Assembly (NCBI GenBank): GCA_039811945.1
Contig: JBDHZQ010000001.1
Span: forward strand, 162-64,161
DNA from: Propionibacteriaceae bacterium
GTDB lineage: Bacteria > Actinomycetota > Actinomycetes > Propionibacteriales > Propionibacteriaceae
Reading direction: 5' to 3'
Length of the DNA: 64,000 nt
Shown here: positions 46,073-55,972 of the stretch, piece after piece
Layout: every line of letters begins with the position of its first letter
How positions within the stretch are numbered: the stretch's first letter is position 1
The notes under the pieces: generated by a model
What the model saw: only the letters and a program-made list of their open reading frames with translations
What the model was told of the DNA's origin: nothing
Database searches by the model: none
Made by a program: the position numbers and the translations under genes

Positions 46073-47779
46073 GTGACGACCACCGACCAACCGTCGGCCA
46101 GCCGCGTACGGCCGCCGCGCGAAGACCGCTCCAACGGCCAATGGCTGGTGGACGGCCGTACACCCCTCAACCACAACGAGGAATTCAAGGCCGAGGACAA
46201 CCCGCTCAACGTACGGCGACGGATCGAGGAGATCTACGCCAATCAGGGGTACGGCTCCATCCCCACCGACGACGTGCACGGACGGTTCCGCTGGTGGGGT
46301 CTGTACACCCAACGCCGACAGGACATCTCCGGTAGCCGTACCGCGTCGTTGGGCCCGGACGAGCTGAGCGATGCGTACTTCATGATGCGGATCCGACTCG
46401 ACGGCGGCGCCCTCACCACCGACCAGGTGAGAGTCATCGCCGACATCTCCACGACGTTCGCGCGCGACACCGCCGACATCTCCGACCGTCAGAACATCCA
46501 GCTGCACTGGGTACGGATCGAGGACGTGCCGGAAATCTGGCGACGCCTCGAAGCCGCCGGCATGCAGACCACCGAGGCCTGCGGCGACTCCCCTCGGGTC
46601 ATCCTCGGGTCGCCGGTCGCCGGCATCGCGGCCGACGAAATCATCGACCCGACGCCCGTGATCCGCGAGATCGTCGACACCTACATCGGCGACCCCGAGA
46701 TTGCCAATCTGCCCAGGAAATTCAAGACGGCGGTCACCGGTCATCCGAGCCTCGACGTCGTGCACGAGATCAACGACGTCTCCCTGGTCGGCGTGGTGCA
46801 CCCCGAGCTGGGTGCCGGGTACGACCTGTGGGTCGGCGGCGGCCTGTCGGTCTCCCCTCGCCTGGCCGAACGGTTGGGCGTCTTCGTGCGGCCCGAGGAA
46901 GCGGCCGAGGTCTGGTACGGCGTGATCCGCATCTTCCGCGACTACGGATACCGCCGCCTGCGGGCGAAGGCCCGCCTCAAATTCCTCCTGGCCGAGTGGG
47001 GCGCGGCCAAGTTCCGCCACGTGCTGGAGACCGAATACCTGGGCCGGGCGCTGGCCGACGGCCCCTCCCCCGCCGTCCCCAGCCAGCCTGGCGACCACCT
47101 CGGCGTCCACGAGCAGAAGGACGGTTCGTCGTACGTCGGTTTCGCCCCGACCGTGGGACGGGCCTCGGGTACGGCATTGGCCGCGATCGCGGACCTGGCC
47201 GAACAGGCCGGGTCGAAACGCATCCGGCTGACCCCCCACCAGAAGCTGCTCGTGCTCGACGTGGCGCCGGATCGCGTCGACGCGCTCATCCGCGGCATGG
47301 ATGCCCTCGGCTTCAGCGCCCATCCGAGCCCGTTCCGGCGTCACACGATGGCCTGCACGGGGATCGAGTACTGCAAGCTGGCGTTCGTCGACACCAAGGA
47401 CACCGCCAAGGCGACGATCTCTGCGCTCGAGCAGCGACTGTCCGACGTGACCCTCGACGTACCGATCACGCTCAACATCAACGGCTGCCCCAATTCCTGC
47501 GCACGGATCCAGACCGCCGACATCGGGCTCAAGGGCCAGATCCTGACCGGCGCGGACGGCGAACCCGAGTTCGGATTCCAGGTGCATTTGGGCGGCGGAC
47601 TGGCCTCCACCGAGCGTGAGGAAGCGGGGTTGGGCAAGACCGTACGCGGGTTAAAGGTGACCGCCGACAACCTTCCCGACTACGTGGAACGGGTGACTCG
47701 CCGCTACCTCGACGACCGGATCACCGGCGAGTCGTTCGCGGTCTGGGCGCACCGCACGAGCGAGGAGGCGCTGCGATGA
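46073..47779 (+). CDS. sirA: Ferredoxin-dependent sulfite reductase (NirA/SirA family)
   Basis: 568 aa. Two nitrite/sulfite reductase repeats with the siroheme/4Fe-4S Cys cluster (ACTGIEYCKLA ... NGCPNSCAR). First gene of the sulfate assimilation operon. Confidence 0.92.
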   Translation: MTTTDQPSASRVRPPREDRSNGQWLVDGRTPLNHNEEFKAEDNPLNVRRRIEEIYANQGYGSIPTDDVHGRFRWWGLYTQRRQDISGSRTASLGPDELSDAYFMMRIRLDGGALTTDQVRVIADISTTFARDTADISDRQNIQLHWVRIEDVPEIWRRLEAAGMQTTEACGDSPRVILGSPVAGIAADEIIDPTPVIREIVDTYIGDPEIANLPRKFKTAVTGHPSLDVVHEINDVSLVGVVHPELGAGYDLWVGGGLSVSPRLAERLGVFVRPEEAAEVWYGVIRIFRDYGYRRLRAKARLKFLLAEWGAAKFRHVLETEYLGRALADGPSPAVPSQPGDHLGVHEQKDGSSYVGFAPTVGRASGTALAAIADLAEQAGSKRIRLTPHQKLLVLDVAPDRVDALIRGMDALGFSAHPSPFRRHTMACTGIEYCKLAFVDTKDTAKATISALEQRLSDVTLDVPITLNINGCPNSCARIQTADIGLKGQILTGADGEPEFGFQVHLGGGLASTEREEAGLGKTVRGLKVTADNLPDYVERVTRRYLDDRITGESFAVWAHRTSEEALR

Positions 47780-48501
47780 CGATCACGACCCACGGCCCCG
47801 GCCGTACCCGCACCGCGGACGAACTGCGCGCCCTTGCCGACGAGGCGTCGGTGCGATTCGGCGAGGCATCAGCCGACGAGGTGTTGGCCTGGGCAGCCGA
47901 CACCTTTGGTACGGCATTGGCGGTCGCCTGCTCGATGGCCTCCGACACCGTGGTTCCGCACCTGGTCAGCCGTTTCCAGCCCGGTGTGGACGTGTTGTTT
48001 CTCGAGACGGGGTACCACTTCGTCGACACGATCGGCACCCGGGACGAGCTGGGGTACACCGTGCCCGTGACGATCGTCGACGTCCGGCCGGCCCAGACGG
48101 TCGCCGAGCAGGACGCGACGTATTCGGAGAAGCTCTACTCCCGCGATCCCGGCCTGTGCTGCCAACTGCGGAAAGTCGACCCGATCAACGCCGAACTGGC
48201 CACGTACGAAGCGTGGGTGACCGGCGTGCGCCGGGAGGACAACGCGCTGCGTGCCAACACAGGCACCGTCGAGTGGGATGCGAACCACCAGATGGTGAAG
48301 ATCAACCCGATCGCGGCGTGGACCTTCGACGACGTGTTGTCCTACGCGACCGAGCACCGAGTGCCGGTGAATCCGCTGCTCGCCGACGGCTACCCGTCGA
48401 TCGGCTGCGAACCCTGCACCCGGCGGGTGGCTCCGGGAGAAGACCCACGGGCCGGCCGATGGGCCGGGCTCGGCAAGACCGAATGCGGGTTGCACGTATG
48501 A
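47776..48501 (+). CDS. cysH: Adenylyl-sulfate (APS)/PAPS reductase, CysH family; Cys pairs suggest the APS-reductase type
   Basis: 241 aa. ECGLH catalytic tail (KTECGLHV), plus the CC (PGLCCQLRKV) and CxxC (SIGCEPCT) pairs typical of Fe-S APS reductases. This fits a CysN without an APS-kinase domain. Confidence 0.9.
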   Translation: MTITTHGPGRTRTADELRALADEASVRFGEASADEVLAWAADTFGTALAVACSMASDTVVPHLVSRFQPGVDVLFLETGYHFVDTIGTRDELGYTVPVTIVDVRPAQTVAEQDATYSEKLYSRDPGLCCQLRKVDPINAELATYEAWVTGVRREDNALRANTGTVEWDANHQMVKINPIAAWTFDDVLSYATEHRVPVNPLLADGYPSIGCEPCTRRVAPGEDPRAGRWAGLGKTECGLHV

Positions 48502-49397
48502 CGCGGCAGTTGACCCAGCTCGAGGAGCTGGAATCCGAGGCGATCCACATCTTCCGCGAGGCGGTCGGCGAGCTCGAACGGCCGGTGCTGCTGTTCAGCG
48601 GCGGCAAGGACTCGGTCGTCATGCTGCACATCGCGCGCAAGGCGTTCTGGCCCGGCCCGGTGCCGTTCCCGTTGCTGCACGTGGACACGGGACACAACTT
48701 CCCCGAAGTGCTGGCCTATCGCGACGAGCAGGTCGCGAAGCTGGGCTTGCGGCTCGTCGTGGCCAAGGTTCAGGACTACATCGACGACGGCCGGCTGCTC
48801 GAGCGGGCCGACGGGACCCGAAATCCCTTGCAGACCCAGCCGTTGCTGGACGCCATCGCCGCCCATCGGTTCGACGCCGTATTCGGCGGCGGCCGCCGTG
48901 ACGAGGAGAAGGCCCGGGCCAAGGAGCGTGTCGTCAGCCTGCGCGACGAGTTCGGTCAGTGGGACCCGCGCAACCAGCGCCCCGAGCTGTGGACGATGTA
49001 CAACCCCCGGCATCGCCCCGGAGAGCACGTGCGGATCTTCCCGCTCTCGAACTGGACCGAACTCGACGTCTGGCGCTACATCGCGGCCGAGCGGATCGAA
49101 CTGCCCGACCTCTACTACGCCCACACCCGTGACGTGTTCAGTCGCGACGGCATGTGGCTGGCGGTGGGCGAATGGTCCCGTCCTCGCAACGGCGAGCAGG
49201 TCGAGTCGAGGATCGTGAGGTACCGGACGGTCGGCGACATGAGCTGCACGGGAGCCGTGGAATCGAGCGCGGCCGACGTGACTGCCGTACTCGCCGAAGT
49301 CGCGGCCACCCGGATCACCGAACGCGGCGCGACCAGGGCCGACGACCGCCTGACCGAGGCCGCCATGGAGGACCGCAAGAAGGAGGGGTACTTCTGA
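48498..49397 (+). CDS. cysD: Sulfate adenylyltransferase subunit 2
   Basis: MTRQLTQLEELESEAIHIFRE...LLFSGGKDSVVMLH (PP-loop). An ATGA overlap couples it to cysH. The track ORF 48156..49397 is over-extended. Confidence 0.95.
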   Translation: MTRQLTQLEELESEAIHIFREAVGELERPVLLFSGGKDSVVMLHIARKAFWPGPVPFPLLHVDTGHNFPEVLAYRDEQVAKLGLRLVVAKVQDYIDDGRLLERADGTRNPLQTQPLLDAIAAHRFDAVFGGGRRDEEKARAKERVVSLRDEFGQWDPRNQRPELWTMYNPRHRPGEHVRIFPLSNWTELDVWRYIAAERIELPDLYYAHTRDVFSRDGMWLAVGEWSRPRNGEQVESRIVRYRTVGDMSCTGAVESSAADVTAVLAEVAATRITERGATRADDRLTEAAMEDRKKEGYF

Positions 49398-50674
49398 TGG
49401 GGACTTTGCTCCGGCTGGCCACCGCAGGCAGCGTCGACGACGGCAAGTCCACGCTGGTCGGGCGGTTGCTGCACGATTCCAAGTCGGTGTTGGCCGACCA
49501 GCTCGAAAGCGTGGCGCGGGTCTCGGCCGAACGCGGCCTCGGCCAGGTGGATCTGGCCTTGCTCACCGACGGTCTGCGCGCCGAACGAGAGCAGGGCATC
49601 ACGATCGACGTGGCGTACAGGTACTTCGCGACACCGAAACGCACGTTCGTGCTCGCCGACTGCCCGGGACACGTCCAGTACACGCGCAACACCGTGACCG
49701 GCTCGTCGACCGCCGACGTGCTGGTGCTCCTGGTCGACGTACGCAAGGGAGTCCTGGAACAGACCCGGCGCCACCTGGCCGTTGCCGCCCTGCTGAGGGT
49801 GCCGTACCTCGTGTTCGCCGTGAACAAGATCGACCTGGTGGGGTACGACGAGGCCGTGTTCCGGCGAGTGGCCGACGAGTTGGCCGTGGTCGCGCACGAT
49901 CTCGGGGTCTCGCACGTCGAGAGCGTTCCGGTGTCGGCCTTGGTCGGCGACAACATCGTCGAGCCGTCGGCGCACACTCCTTGGTACGGCGGGCCGACCC
50001 TGTTGGAACTGTTGGAGGACCTGCCGGCCGCCGACGATCCGGCCGAGGAGCCGTTTCGCTTTCCCGTTCAACTCACGATCCGGCCGAACTCGGACTATCG
50101 GGGGTACGCGGGGCAGGTCGCCTCGGGCGTCGTCAGCGTCGGAGATTCGGTCGTGGTGTTACCCTCGGGCCGGACGACCACGGTGGTCGGCATCGACACC
50201 GCCGACGGGCCGCTGACCGAAGCGTTCGCACCGCAGTCGGTGACCCTCCGACTCGCCGACGAGGTCGACATCACGCGCGGGGATCTGATCGCGGCGGCCG
50301 ACGCTGCACCGGTGCCGACCCAGGACTTGCACGGGCTGGTCTGCTGGCTCTCGGATACGGCACTGCGACCCGGGGCACGGGTGCTGGTGAAGAACACGAC
50401 CCGGACGGTGCAGGGCATCGTTCGGGAGATCCACGGCCGGCTCGACCTGGACACGATGACGCCCGTGGCCGCCGAGGGTCTGACGTTGAACGACATCGGG
50501 CGGGTGACGGTACGGCTCGCGTCCCCGATCGCGGCCGAGAATTACACCGAATCCCGCAAGACTGGGGCGTTCCTGCTCGTCGATCCGCAGATGGGGAGCA
50601 CGCTGGCCGCCGGGATGGTACGTGCACCCCTCGCCGAAGATCCCGACGCCGACGCGTTGACATGGGCCATCTAG
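49397..50674 (+). CDS. cysN: Sulfate adenylyltransferase subunit 1 (GTPase; no CysC fusion)
   Basis: MGTLLRLATAGSVDDGKSTLVGRLL (G1), DCPGH (G3), NKID (G4). About 425 aa. The start overlaps the cysD stop (TGATG). Confidence 0.95.
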   Translation: MGTLLRLATAGSVDDGKSTLVGRLLHDSKSVLADQLESVARVSAERGLGQVDLALLTDGLRAEREQGITIDVAYRYFATPKRTFVLADCPGHVQYTRNTVTGSSTADVLVLLVDVRKGVLEQTRRHLAVAALLRVPYLVFAVNKIDLVGYDEAVFRRVADELAVVAHDLGVSHVESVPVSALVGDNIVEPSAHTPWYGGPTLLELLEDLPAADDPAEEPFRFPVQLTIRPNSDYRGYAGQVASGVVSVGDSVVVLPSGRTTTVVGIDTADGPLTEAFAPQSVTLRLADEVDITRGDLIAAADAAPVPTQDLHGLVCWLSDTALRPGARVLVKNTTRTVQGIVREIHGRLDLDTMTPVAAEGLTLNDIGRVTVRLASPIAAENYTESRKTGAFLLVDPQMGSTLAAGMVRAPLAEDPDADALTWAI

Positions 50675-50801
50675 GAGGTTCCTCAAGGCACCCGTCGACG
50701 CGATCGCGACCGAACAGAGCTACGTCCAGATCCTGAAGCCGGCCGATCTCATCGCCAAGGTCGATCCCAAGAGTTACATTCTGGCCGAGGAGTACAAGGG
50801 C

Positions 50802-52268
50802 ATGACGCGACCGAACCTCGTCTTCATCTTGGCCGACGACCACGCTCCCCACGCCATCTCGGCGTACGGGAGCGTGGTCAATGCCACGCCCCAGATCGAT
50901 CGCCTGGCGCGCGAGGGAGCAACGCTCACCTCGACGTACTGCACCAACTCGATCTGTACGCCCTCGCGAGCCACGATCCTGACCGGCACGTACAGCCACG
51001 TGAACGGTGTGCCGGGCATTTTCGCCGAGATGGACTACCGGGTTCCCACGTACGTCGATGCCCTGCACGAAGCTGGTTACGCCACTGCCATCTTCGGCAA
51101 GTGGCACCTCGGCGAGTCGGTCGGCGCGCAGCCGCGCAACTTCGACGCCTGGCGCGTGTTCCCGGGACAGGGCGACTACGTCGACCCGGTGATGATCGGG
51201 CCGGACGGCGAGGAGGAGGTACGGGGGTACGCGACCGACATCGTCACCGATCTGAGCCTGGCGTGGCTCGAACAGCGGGACCACGGGCAGCCCTTCGCGC
51301 TGATGATCCACCACAAGGCCCCTCACCGGCCGTGGCTGACCGACGCGGCCCACGCCAACCTGTACCCGGTGGGCACGATCCCCGAACCGGCCACGTTCGG
51401 CGACGACCACGCCACCCTGAGCCAAGCCGTACGCACCGTGACCATGAGCATCGCCGACGACTTGACCGAACGTGACGTCAAAGAGCCGACTCCGCCAGAA
51501 CTGGAGGGTCCGGACAAGACGGCTGAGCGAGCCAGCTGGAAGTACCAGCGCTACATGCGCGACTACCTCGGCTGCATCGCCTCGATCGACGACAACGTGG
51601 GCCGGGTGCTGGATTACCTGACTGCCGCCGGCCTGGACCGCGACACGATCGTGGTCTACTGCTCCGACCAAGGCTTCTTCCTGGGCGACCACGGCTGGTT
51701 CGACAAGCGGCTCATGTTCGAGCAGTCGCTGCAGATGCCGGTGCTCGTGCGGTGGCCGGCGGAGATCCCCGCGGGCGTACGGGTGGACGCCATGATCACC
51801 AACGTCGACTTCGCCGCCACGTTCCTCGACCAGTGCGGCCTGGATCCGGCGGCGGCCCTTCCGATGCACCAGGGGCGGAGCTTTCGTCACCTCTTGCGCG
51901 GTGAAGAGGTCGAGGGATGGCCGGATTCGATGTACTACCGGTACTGGGAACACGACGACCCTCACCATCACGTACCCGCTCACTACGGGGTCCGTACCCG
52001 AACCCACAAGCTGATCCGCTACTACGGCGCACCGTTGGGAGTGCCGGGCTCGTCGGACCGGATCACACCCGACGAATGGGAGATGTTCGACCTGGTCGAG
52101 GACCCGCTCGAACTAGTGAACGTCTACGACGATCCGGGGTACGCCAGTGTCCGCCTCAGCCTGGAGGCAGAGTTGGCCCGACTGCAAGACCAGTACGGCG
52201 ACCTGCCCTACGCGGGACCCGGAACGTGGCACCCGGCCTGGGGTGAGGGCTTCCAACAGCACAGTTGA
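50802..52268 (+). CDS. Sulfatase (Cys-type, formylglycine-dependent family)
   Basis: 488 aa. NLVFILADDH and the FGly motif CTPSRATILTG. No signal peptide from the ATG at 50802. The frame is open and coding-like for a further 141 nt upstream (see finding). Confidence 0.9.
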   Translation: MTRPNLVFILADDHAPHAISAYGSVVNATPQIDRLAREGATLTSTYCTNSICTPSRATILTGTYSHVNGVPGIFAEMDYRVPTYVDALHEAGYATAIFGKWHLGESVGAQPRNFDAWRVFPGQGDYVDPVMIGPDGEEEVRGYATDIVTDLSLAWLEQRDHGQPFALMIHHKAPHRPWLTDAAHANLYPVGTIPEPATFGDDHATLSQAVRTVTMSIADDLTERDVKEPTPPELEGPDKTAERASWKYQRYMRDYLGCIASIDDNVGRVLDYLTAAGLDRDTIVVYCSDQGFFLGDHGWFDKRLMFEQSLQMPVLVRWPAEIPAGVRVDAMITNVDFAATFLDQCGLDPAAALPMHQGRSFRHLLRGEEVEGWPDSMYYRYWEHDDPHHHVPAHYGVRTRTHKLIRYYGAPLGVPGSSDRITPDEWEMFDLVEDPLELVNVYDDPGYASVRLSLEAELARLQDQYGDLPYAGPGTWHPAWGEGFQQHS

Positions 52269-52440
52269 CGTGCAGCTCCGGACTCAGCGTGTCACGAGCG
52301 AGTGGGACGTTCAGCCCAGTGGAGACGGTCGTGGTCGGCCCGAACTCGGCGGTTTGTGAATCGGGACTCCGAGGTGAAACGGATCCGAGGTGCCAGGCGT
52401 AGACAGGGTGAAGTACCCGAACGAACCGAAGGGAAACGCC

Positions 52441-53064
52441 ATGTCCACCACCCGCGCACTGTCCCTGATCGCCCTCGTCGTCTTGGCCGGGTGCGCGACC
52501 ACAACCGCCTCGCCGGCCGGGTCACCCTCGGCCCCGATGACCTCCCCCGTTGCGACGTCGGCCGCTTCGACGGCATCCGGGGCCGCGACGACCGCCCCGG
52601 CCAGTGTGCTCGCGGCGAACGACCGGCTGACCACCGCCGGCATCGGCGCGATCCAGATCGGCGCCTCGGTCACCGCGCTCGAGGCGCTCGGAGCGGCCGC
52701 TCCAGCCGACACCTGCGAGAACGCGGTCGGGCCGAGCAAGGCTCTGGCAGCTGAAGGTGTGAGTTTCCACGTCGACTACGAGACCAAGCGCGTGTCCCAG
52801 GTCGAACTCACCACTCCAAAGCGCTCGACGCTCGACGGGGCACGTGTCGGCATGCTCGTGTCTCAGGTGAAGGCGCTGTACGGCACCAAGGTCGCCGTGG
52901 CGACCGTGTCGGTGATGCAGAACCAGCGTCAGCAACTGGTCATGCGGGCCGATGGAGCGATGATCGTCTTTCTCACCGACGCCCCGGTCAGTGACTCGGC
53001 CAGCGTCGTCACTATCGTGCTGAAAGCCGACAACGGGTCCGCGGTGGTGACACAGGACTGCTGA
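52441..53064 (+). CDS. Putative lipoprotein, function unknown
   Basis: The internal ATG at 52441 gives MSTTRALSLIALVVLAGCATT (lipobox). Confidence 0.6.
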   Translation: MSTTRALSLIALVVLAGCATTTASPAGSPSAPMTSPVATSAASTASGAATTAPASVLAANDRLTTAGIGAIQIGASVTALEALGAAAPADTCENAVGPSKALAAEGVSFHVDYETKRVSQVELTTPKRSTLDGARVGMLVSQVKALYGTKVAVATVSVMQNQRQQLVMRADGAMIVFLTDAPVSDSASVVTIVLKADNGSAVVTQDC

Positions 53065-53098
53065 TCCGGCAGGACAACGTCGGTGCAAGAGGTGGTCG

Positions 53099-53596
53099 AT
53101 GGACGAGCAGGCATTCGACGCGTTCTACTCGTCGTCGTTCGCCCCGATCGTGTCGCAGGTAGCAGCCATGTGCGGTAGCCGTACAGAAGCCCAAGACTGC
53201 GTGCAGGAAGCGTTCATCCGGGCTTGGGACCACCGGAGAGACCTGGACCGCGCCTCATCCCCGGAAGGGTGGGTACGGACGGTCGCCACTCGGCTGGCGG
53301 TCAGTCGGTGGCGCCACCGCTCCCTGGACAGCCGCGCGGGCGACCGGTCGGTCGCTCCCACCCCACCCAGGGAGCCCTCGCCTGACCGGGTCGCGCTCCA
53401 ACGGGCCATGGCCACGCTCCCCTTCGAGCAGCGGCAGGCGCTGGTGCTCTACCACACCGCTGATCTCGACATCGGGACGATCGCGGCCGAACTCCGGACC
53501 AACCCCAACACAGTCAAGACGAGACTCGCCCGTGGGCGGGCGGCGCTGGCCAAGCTCTTGGCCGAGCCCGACGAGGAGGCGAGCCATGTTCGATGA
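53099..53596 (+). CDS. ECF-type RNA polymerase sigma factor
   Basis: 165 aa. Region 2 (AQDCVQEAFIRAWDHR) and region 4 (LPFEQRQALVLYHTADLDIGTIAAELRTNPNTVKTRLARGR). Confidence 0.9.
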   Translation: MDEQAFDAFYSSSFAPIVSQVAAMCGSRTEAQDCVQEAFIRAWDHRRDLDRASSPEGWVRTVATRLAVSRWRHRSLDSRAGDRSVAPTPPREPSPDRVALQRAMATLPFEQRQALVLYHTADLDIGTIAAELRTNPNTVKTRLARGRAALAKLLAEPDEEASHVR

Positions 53597-54386
53597 GACG
53601 AGGCTCGACAGCCTGCTGAAGCAGGCCAACGACCCCTCGATCGTCCCCGACTTTTCGGCCGCAGAGGTCCGTCGAGCGGGTGGGCGGCGTCGTCGTCGCC
53701 GCTACCTGGCGACCACCGCGACCGCGGTCGTGGTCGGCCTGCTCTCCATCGGCGGCATCGTTGCGCTGACGCGCGCCGCCGTATCCCCCACGGTTGCGGC
53801 CCCGGCGACGCCGACGCTGTCGGCCACTGCGCACGAGACTCCTTCGACGCCGCCATTGCAGTCGAGCGCGTCGCAGACGCCAACCACACGGGTGGCCGTG
53901 GTGCCCACCAGCACGATCGATTCGCTGCTCCCCCTCGCCGTGGGCTCGGCGCAGGCGACCGGGCGGCCGTACGGCGGGTCCGTGGTCTGGGACCCTGCCG
54001 TGATCCTCGACCCCGGCCCCAACGCGTCGGCCTGCGGCACCGCGCTCAACGGATCGTTCACGCCTGCCAAACGCGGTACATCATTCGCGATGGTTCCCGG
54101 TGACAGCTCGACTGATTGGGGTTACGCCCTCGCGTACCTAGACCCGGGCGCTGCAACGACGGCGATCGACCACCTGACCCAAGCCTTGACCGGCGTCTGC
54201 GCGCCGGTGGCGAAGGCGGGCGGCACCCAGATCATGGGCGACGGCGTCACGGTCAGCGTGTTCACGCCAGCCGCCGGTGGCCGGATCTACCTCATCCGCG
54301 ACCGCAACGTCGTCGTGTACTGGGCCGACACCCTGGGCATCGACCCAGCAGCCTTTGCCACGGCACTGCACGCCAAGCTCCCGTAG
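53586..54386 (+). CDS. Putative membrane-anchored anti-sigma factor
   Basis: The ATG at 53586 overlaps the sigma-factor 3' end by 11 nt. Short cytoplasmic N-terminus, RRRRRR then a TM helix (YLATTATAVVVGLLSIGGIVAL), a Pro/Thr/Ser linker and an extracytoplasmic domain. Confidence 0.6.
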   Translation: MFDETRLDSLLKQANDPSIVPDFSAAEVRRAGGRRRRRRYLATTATAVVVGLLSIGGIVALTRAAVSPTVAAPATPTLSATAHETPSTPPLQSSASQTPTTRVAVVPTSTIDSLLPLAVGSAQATGRPYGGSVVWDPAVILDPGPNASACGTALNGSFTPAKRGTSFAMVPGDSSTDWGYALAYLDPGAATTAIDHLTQALTGVCAPVAKAGGTQIMGDGVTVSVFTPAAGGRIYLIRDRNVVVYWADTLGIDPAAFATALHAKLP

Positions 54387-54646
54387 TCGCAGGCGGCGCT
54401 CAAAGCCGATCAGGAGAGGCGGGACAGAGCTTCGGCACTCAATCGCAGGCACGAGCACATCGACTCTGCCGCCGAAAAGCGGGCCAAACGCCGACAAGCG
54501 GGCCAAGGCGAAGCACCGTGGTCACCGAGGCCATGGCGAGGGAGGTTGCCGTACGTGCGCTCAGTTCCGCTCGGTCGCCTGACTAGCGCCCAGGCAGCGA
54601 GCTAGCCTCGGCAGCACGTCGCTCGCCCGAAACTCGACAACTCGGT

Positions 54647-54922
54647 GTGATGTTCCATCACGACACATCAACCGGCCCTGAAAGCACCCTCGCCGCTCTG
54701 AGGCTGGCAACCGCGACATGGATCACCGACGTCGTCGAACACTGCGCCACCCTCGGTCTCGTGCGCAACGACCTGCCCGTCAAACTCGCAACCGAACTCG
54801 CACTTCAAGTCGTCACGACGATCGACCGATTTGCGGTTGACAATGCACTCCATTCCCCTGGCGGAATCGGCCAGCCGACGCTGGCCATCAGCCTCCTTCG
54901 GGGCCTCCTCGACCCCCCGTGA
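54647..54922 (+). pseudogene. Probable TetR-family regulator C-terminal fragment
   Basis: 91 aa of helical sequence (ATWITDVVEHCATLGLVRNDLPVKLATELALQVV) without the N-terminal HTH. Lies at the far edge of the ychF-proximal islet. Confidence 0.35.
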
Positions 54923-54991
54923 CGGGACATACAGCAATCCACAGAAGAATGTCGGAGGCAGCGGACGGGCCCATGCGGACGCCGGGTCGAA

Positions 54992-55387
54992 TCACCCCGA
55001 CGCGACAGGATCGACCGTGCCGAGACCGAGATGTTCAGCCACCGCTTTCATGGTGACGTCATGGGTCGCAACCGTGACTGATTCTCCGATCAGCAGCGCG
55101 GTCGCAAGATGCAAGGCGTCGAGCGTCCTGACATGCCTCTCGATGGACTCCGCAACCGCGTGCGTCTCTCGGGTGATGTCGAACATCCCGACGCGGCTGA
55201 GAAGCGCGTCCCCGTCCGACAACGGCCTTTGATCGCGTCGCAGCACGCGGATCACCTCGGTCCGCAGCAGCCTGGATGAAACAAAATCCGTGTCAGGCAG
55301 GTCCATCCAACCCTGCAGTCGCAGCCGTTCTGGCACATCGATGATCGTGCGAAGAGCCACCGAGGAGTCGAGATAAACAATGCCCAT
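54992..55387 (-). CDS. vapC: Type II toxin, PIN-domain VapC family
   Basis: 131 aa. MGIVYLDSSV (first acidic residue), a later ...ITRETH..., and ALHLATAL. Confidence 0.85.
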   Translation of the reverse strand: MGIVYLDSSVALRTIIDVPERLRLQGWMDLPDTDFVSSRLLRTEVIRVLRRDQRPLSDGDALLSRVGMFDITRETHAVAESIERHVRTLDALHLATALLIGESVTVATHDVTMKAVAEHLGLGTVDPVASG

Positions 55388-55390
55388 GGT

Positions 55391-55669
55391 TCAATGCTCG
55401 CCCTTCATCTGGTCCAGCAGCTCATCGACGTCTTCGGACCGGTAGCGAGGACCGCCGACCTCGCTGGGCCACGGCACCGGATGCGACGCCGGAGGCGTGT
55501 ATCGCCCCTGTCGTTGGGCTCGGGCAAGAGGGTCGTCCTGACCACGGTAGGAGCTCACCCGCCAGCGCGGCTCGCCCCGCTCCGTCACGATCACCTCGCC
55601 GGCCACCGCCGCCTGCGCGAGGACCTCCGTCGTGCGCTGGTTGAGATCGCGCTTCGTCACCGTCGCCAT
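55391..55669 (-). CDS. Type II antitoxin, Phd/YefM family
   Basis: 92 aa. MATVTKRDLNQRTTEVLAQAAVAGEVIVTERGEPRWRV. Lies 3 nt upstream of vapC. Confidence 0.85.
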   Translation of the reverse strand: MATVTKRDLNQRTTEVLAQAAVAGEVIVTERGEPRWRVSSYRGQDDPLARAQRQGRYTPPASHPVPWPSEVGGPRYRSEDVDELLDQMKGEH

Positions 55670-55711
55670 GGATGCAGTGTACTACTTGCGTCTGACATGG
55701 ACAGATCTCGT

Positions 55712-55736
55712 GCGGAGTGGAGCGGAACTCCACCAT
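55712..55736 (-). repeat. Degenerate copy of the ychF 3' end (stop lost)
   Basis: Plus strand gcggagtggagcggaactccaccat, versus the real end acgttgaagcgaaactcgaccac. The minus strand encodes MVEFRS.. Confidence 0.45.
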
Positions 55737-55856
55737 ATTCCGTAGCCGAACCGCATGACCGATGATCACGCTGCGACCTGCTGCGAACGCCCGGAGGGAC
55801 ATTGGAAGCCCACAGACACGGCGACTACCGCGCCAGCAGGCCGAGTGGGACGACGG
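55721..55856. repeat. ~115-135-bp dispersed repeat, copy 1 (copy 2 at 59743..59856)
   Basis: Shared blocks: agcggaactccacca ... cgcatgaccgatgatcacg ... cctgctgcgaacgcccggag ... gactac(c/g)gcgccagca(g/a)gccgagtgggacgacgg. Spans the 3' end of a DUF4143-ATPase reading frame, about 90 nt of spacer and a ychF-3'-like core. Confidence 0.8.
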
Positions 55857-55935
55857 CTTGGTCGTCGACGTCGATCAACGACTCCAGTTCCGGACCTTCG
55901 AGCAGATTGATTCCGACCTCCCGAGGCCGGATTGC
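55825..55935 (-). pseudogene. 3' fragment of a DUF4143/AAA ATPase paralogue
   Basis: Encodes ...AIRPREVGINLLEGPELESLIDVDDQAVVPLGLLAR*. Compare the intact gene's end, RPDGISVVALTSLGP*, and the second fragment's, RPDGVAVVPLGLLAP*. Confidence 0.55.
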
Positions 55936-55972
55936 GAAGGGCAACGTATGGAGCGACTGGAAGCGAACGCGG

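Noticed and set aside
54387-54646. Coding-like stretch after the anti-sigma gene (…AALKADQERRDRASALNRRHEHIDSAAEKRAKRRQ…)
   Set aside because: There is no start codon, no recognisable family and no continuous frame with its neighbours. It is probably a decayed gene remnant at the islet edge, and the evidence is too weak to annotate.
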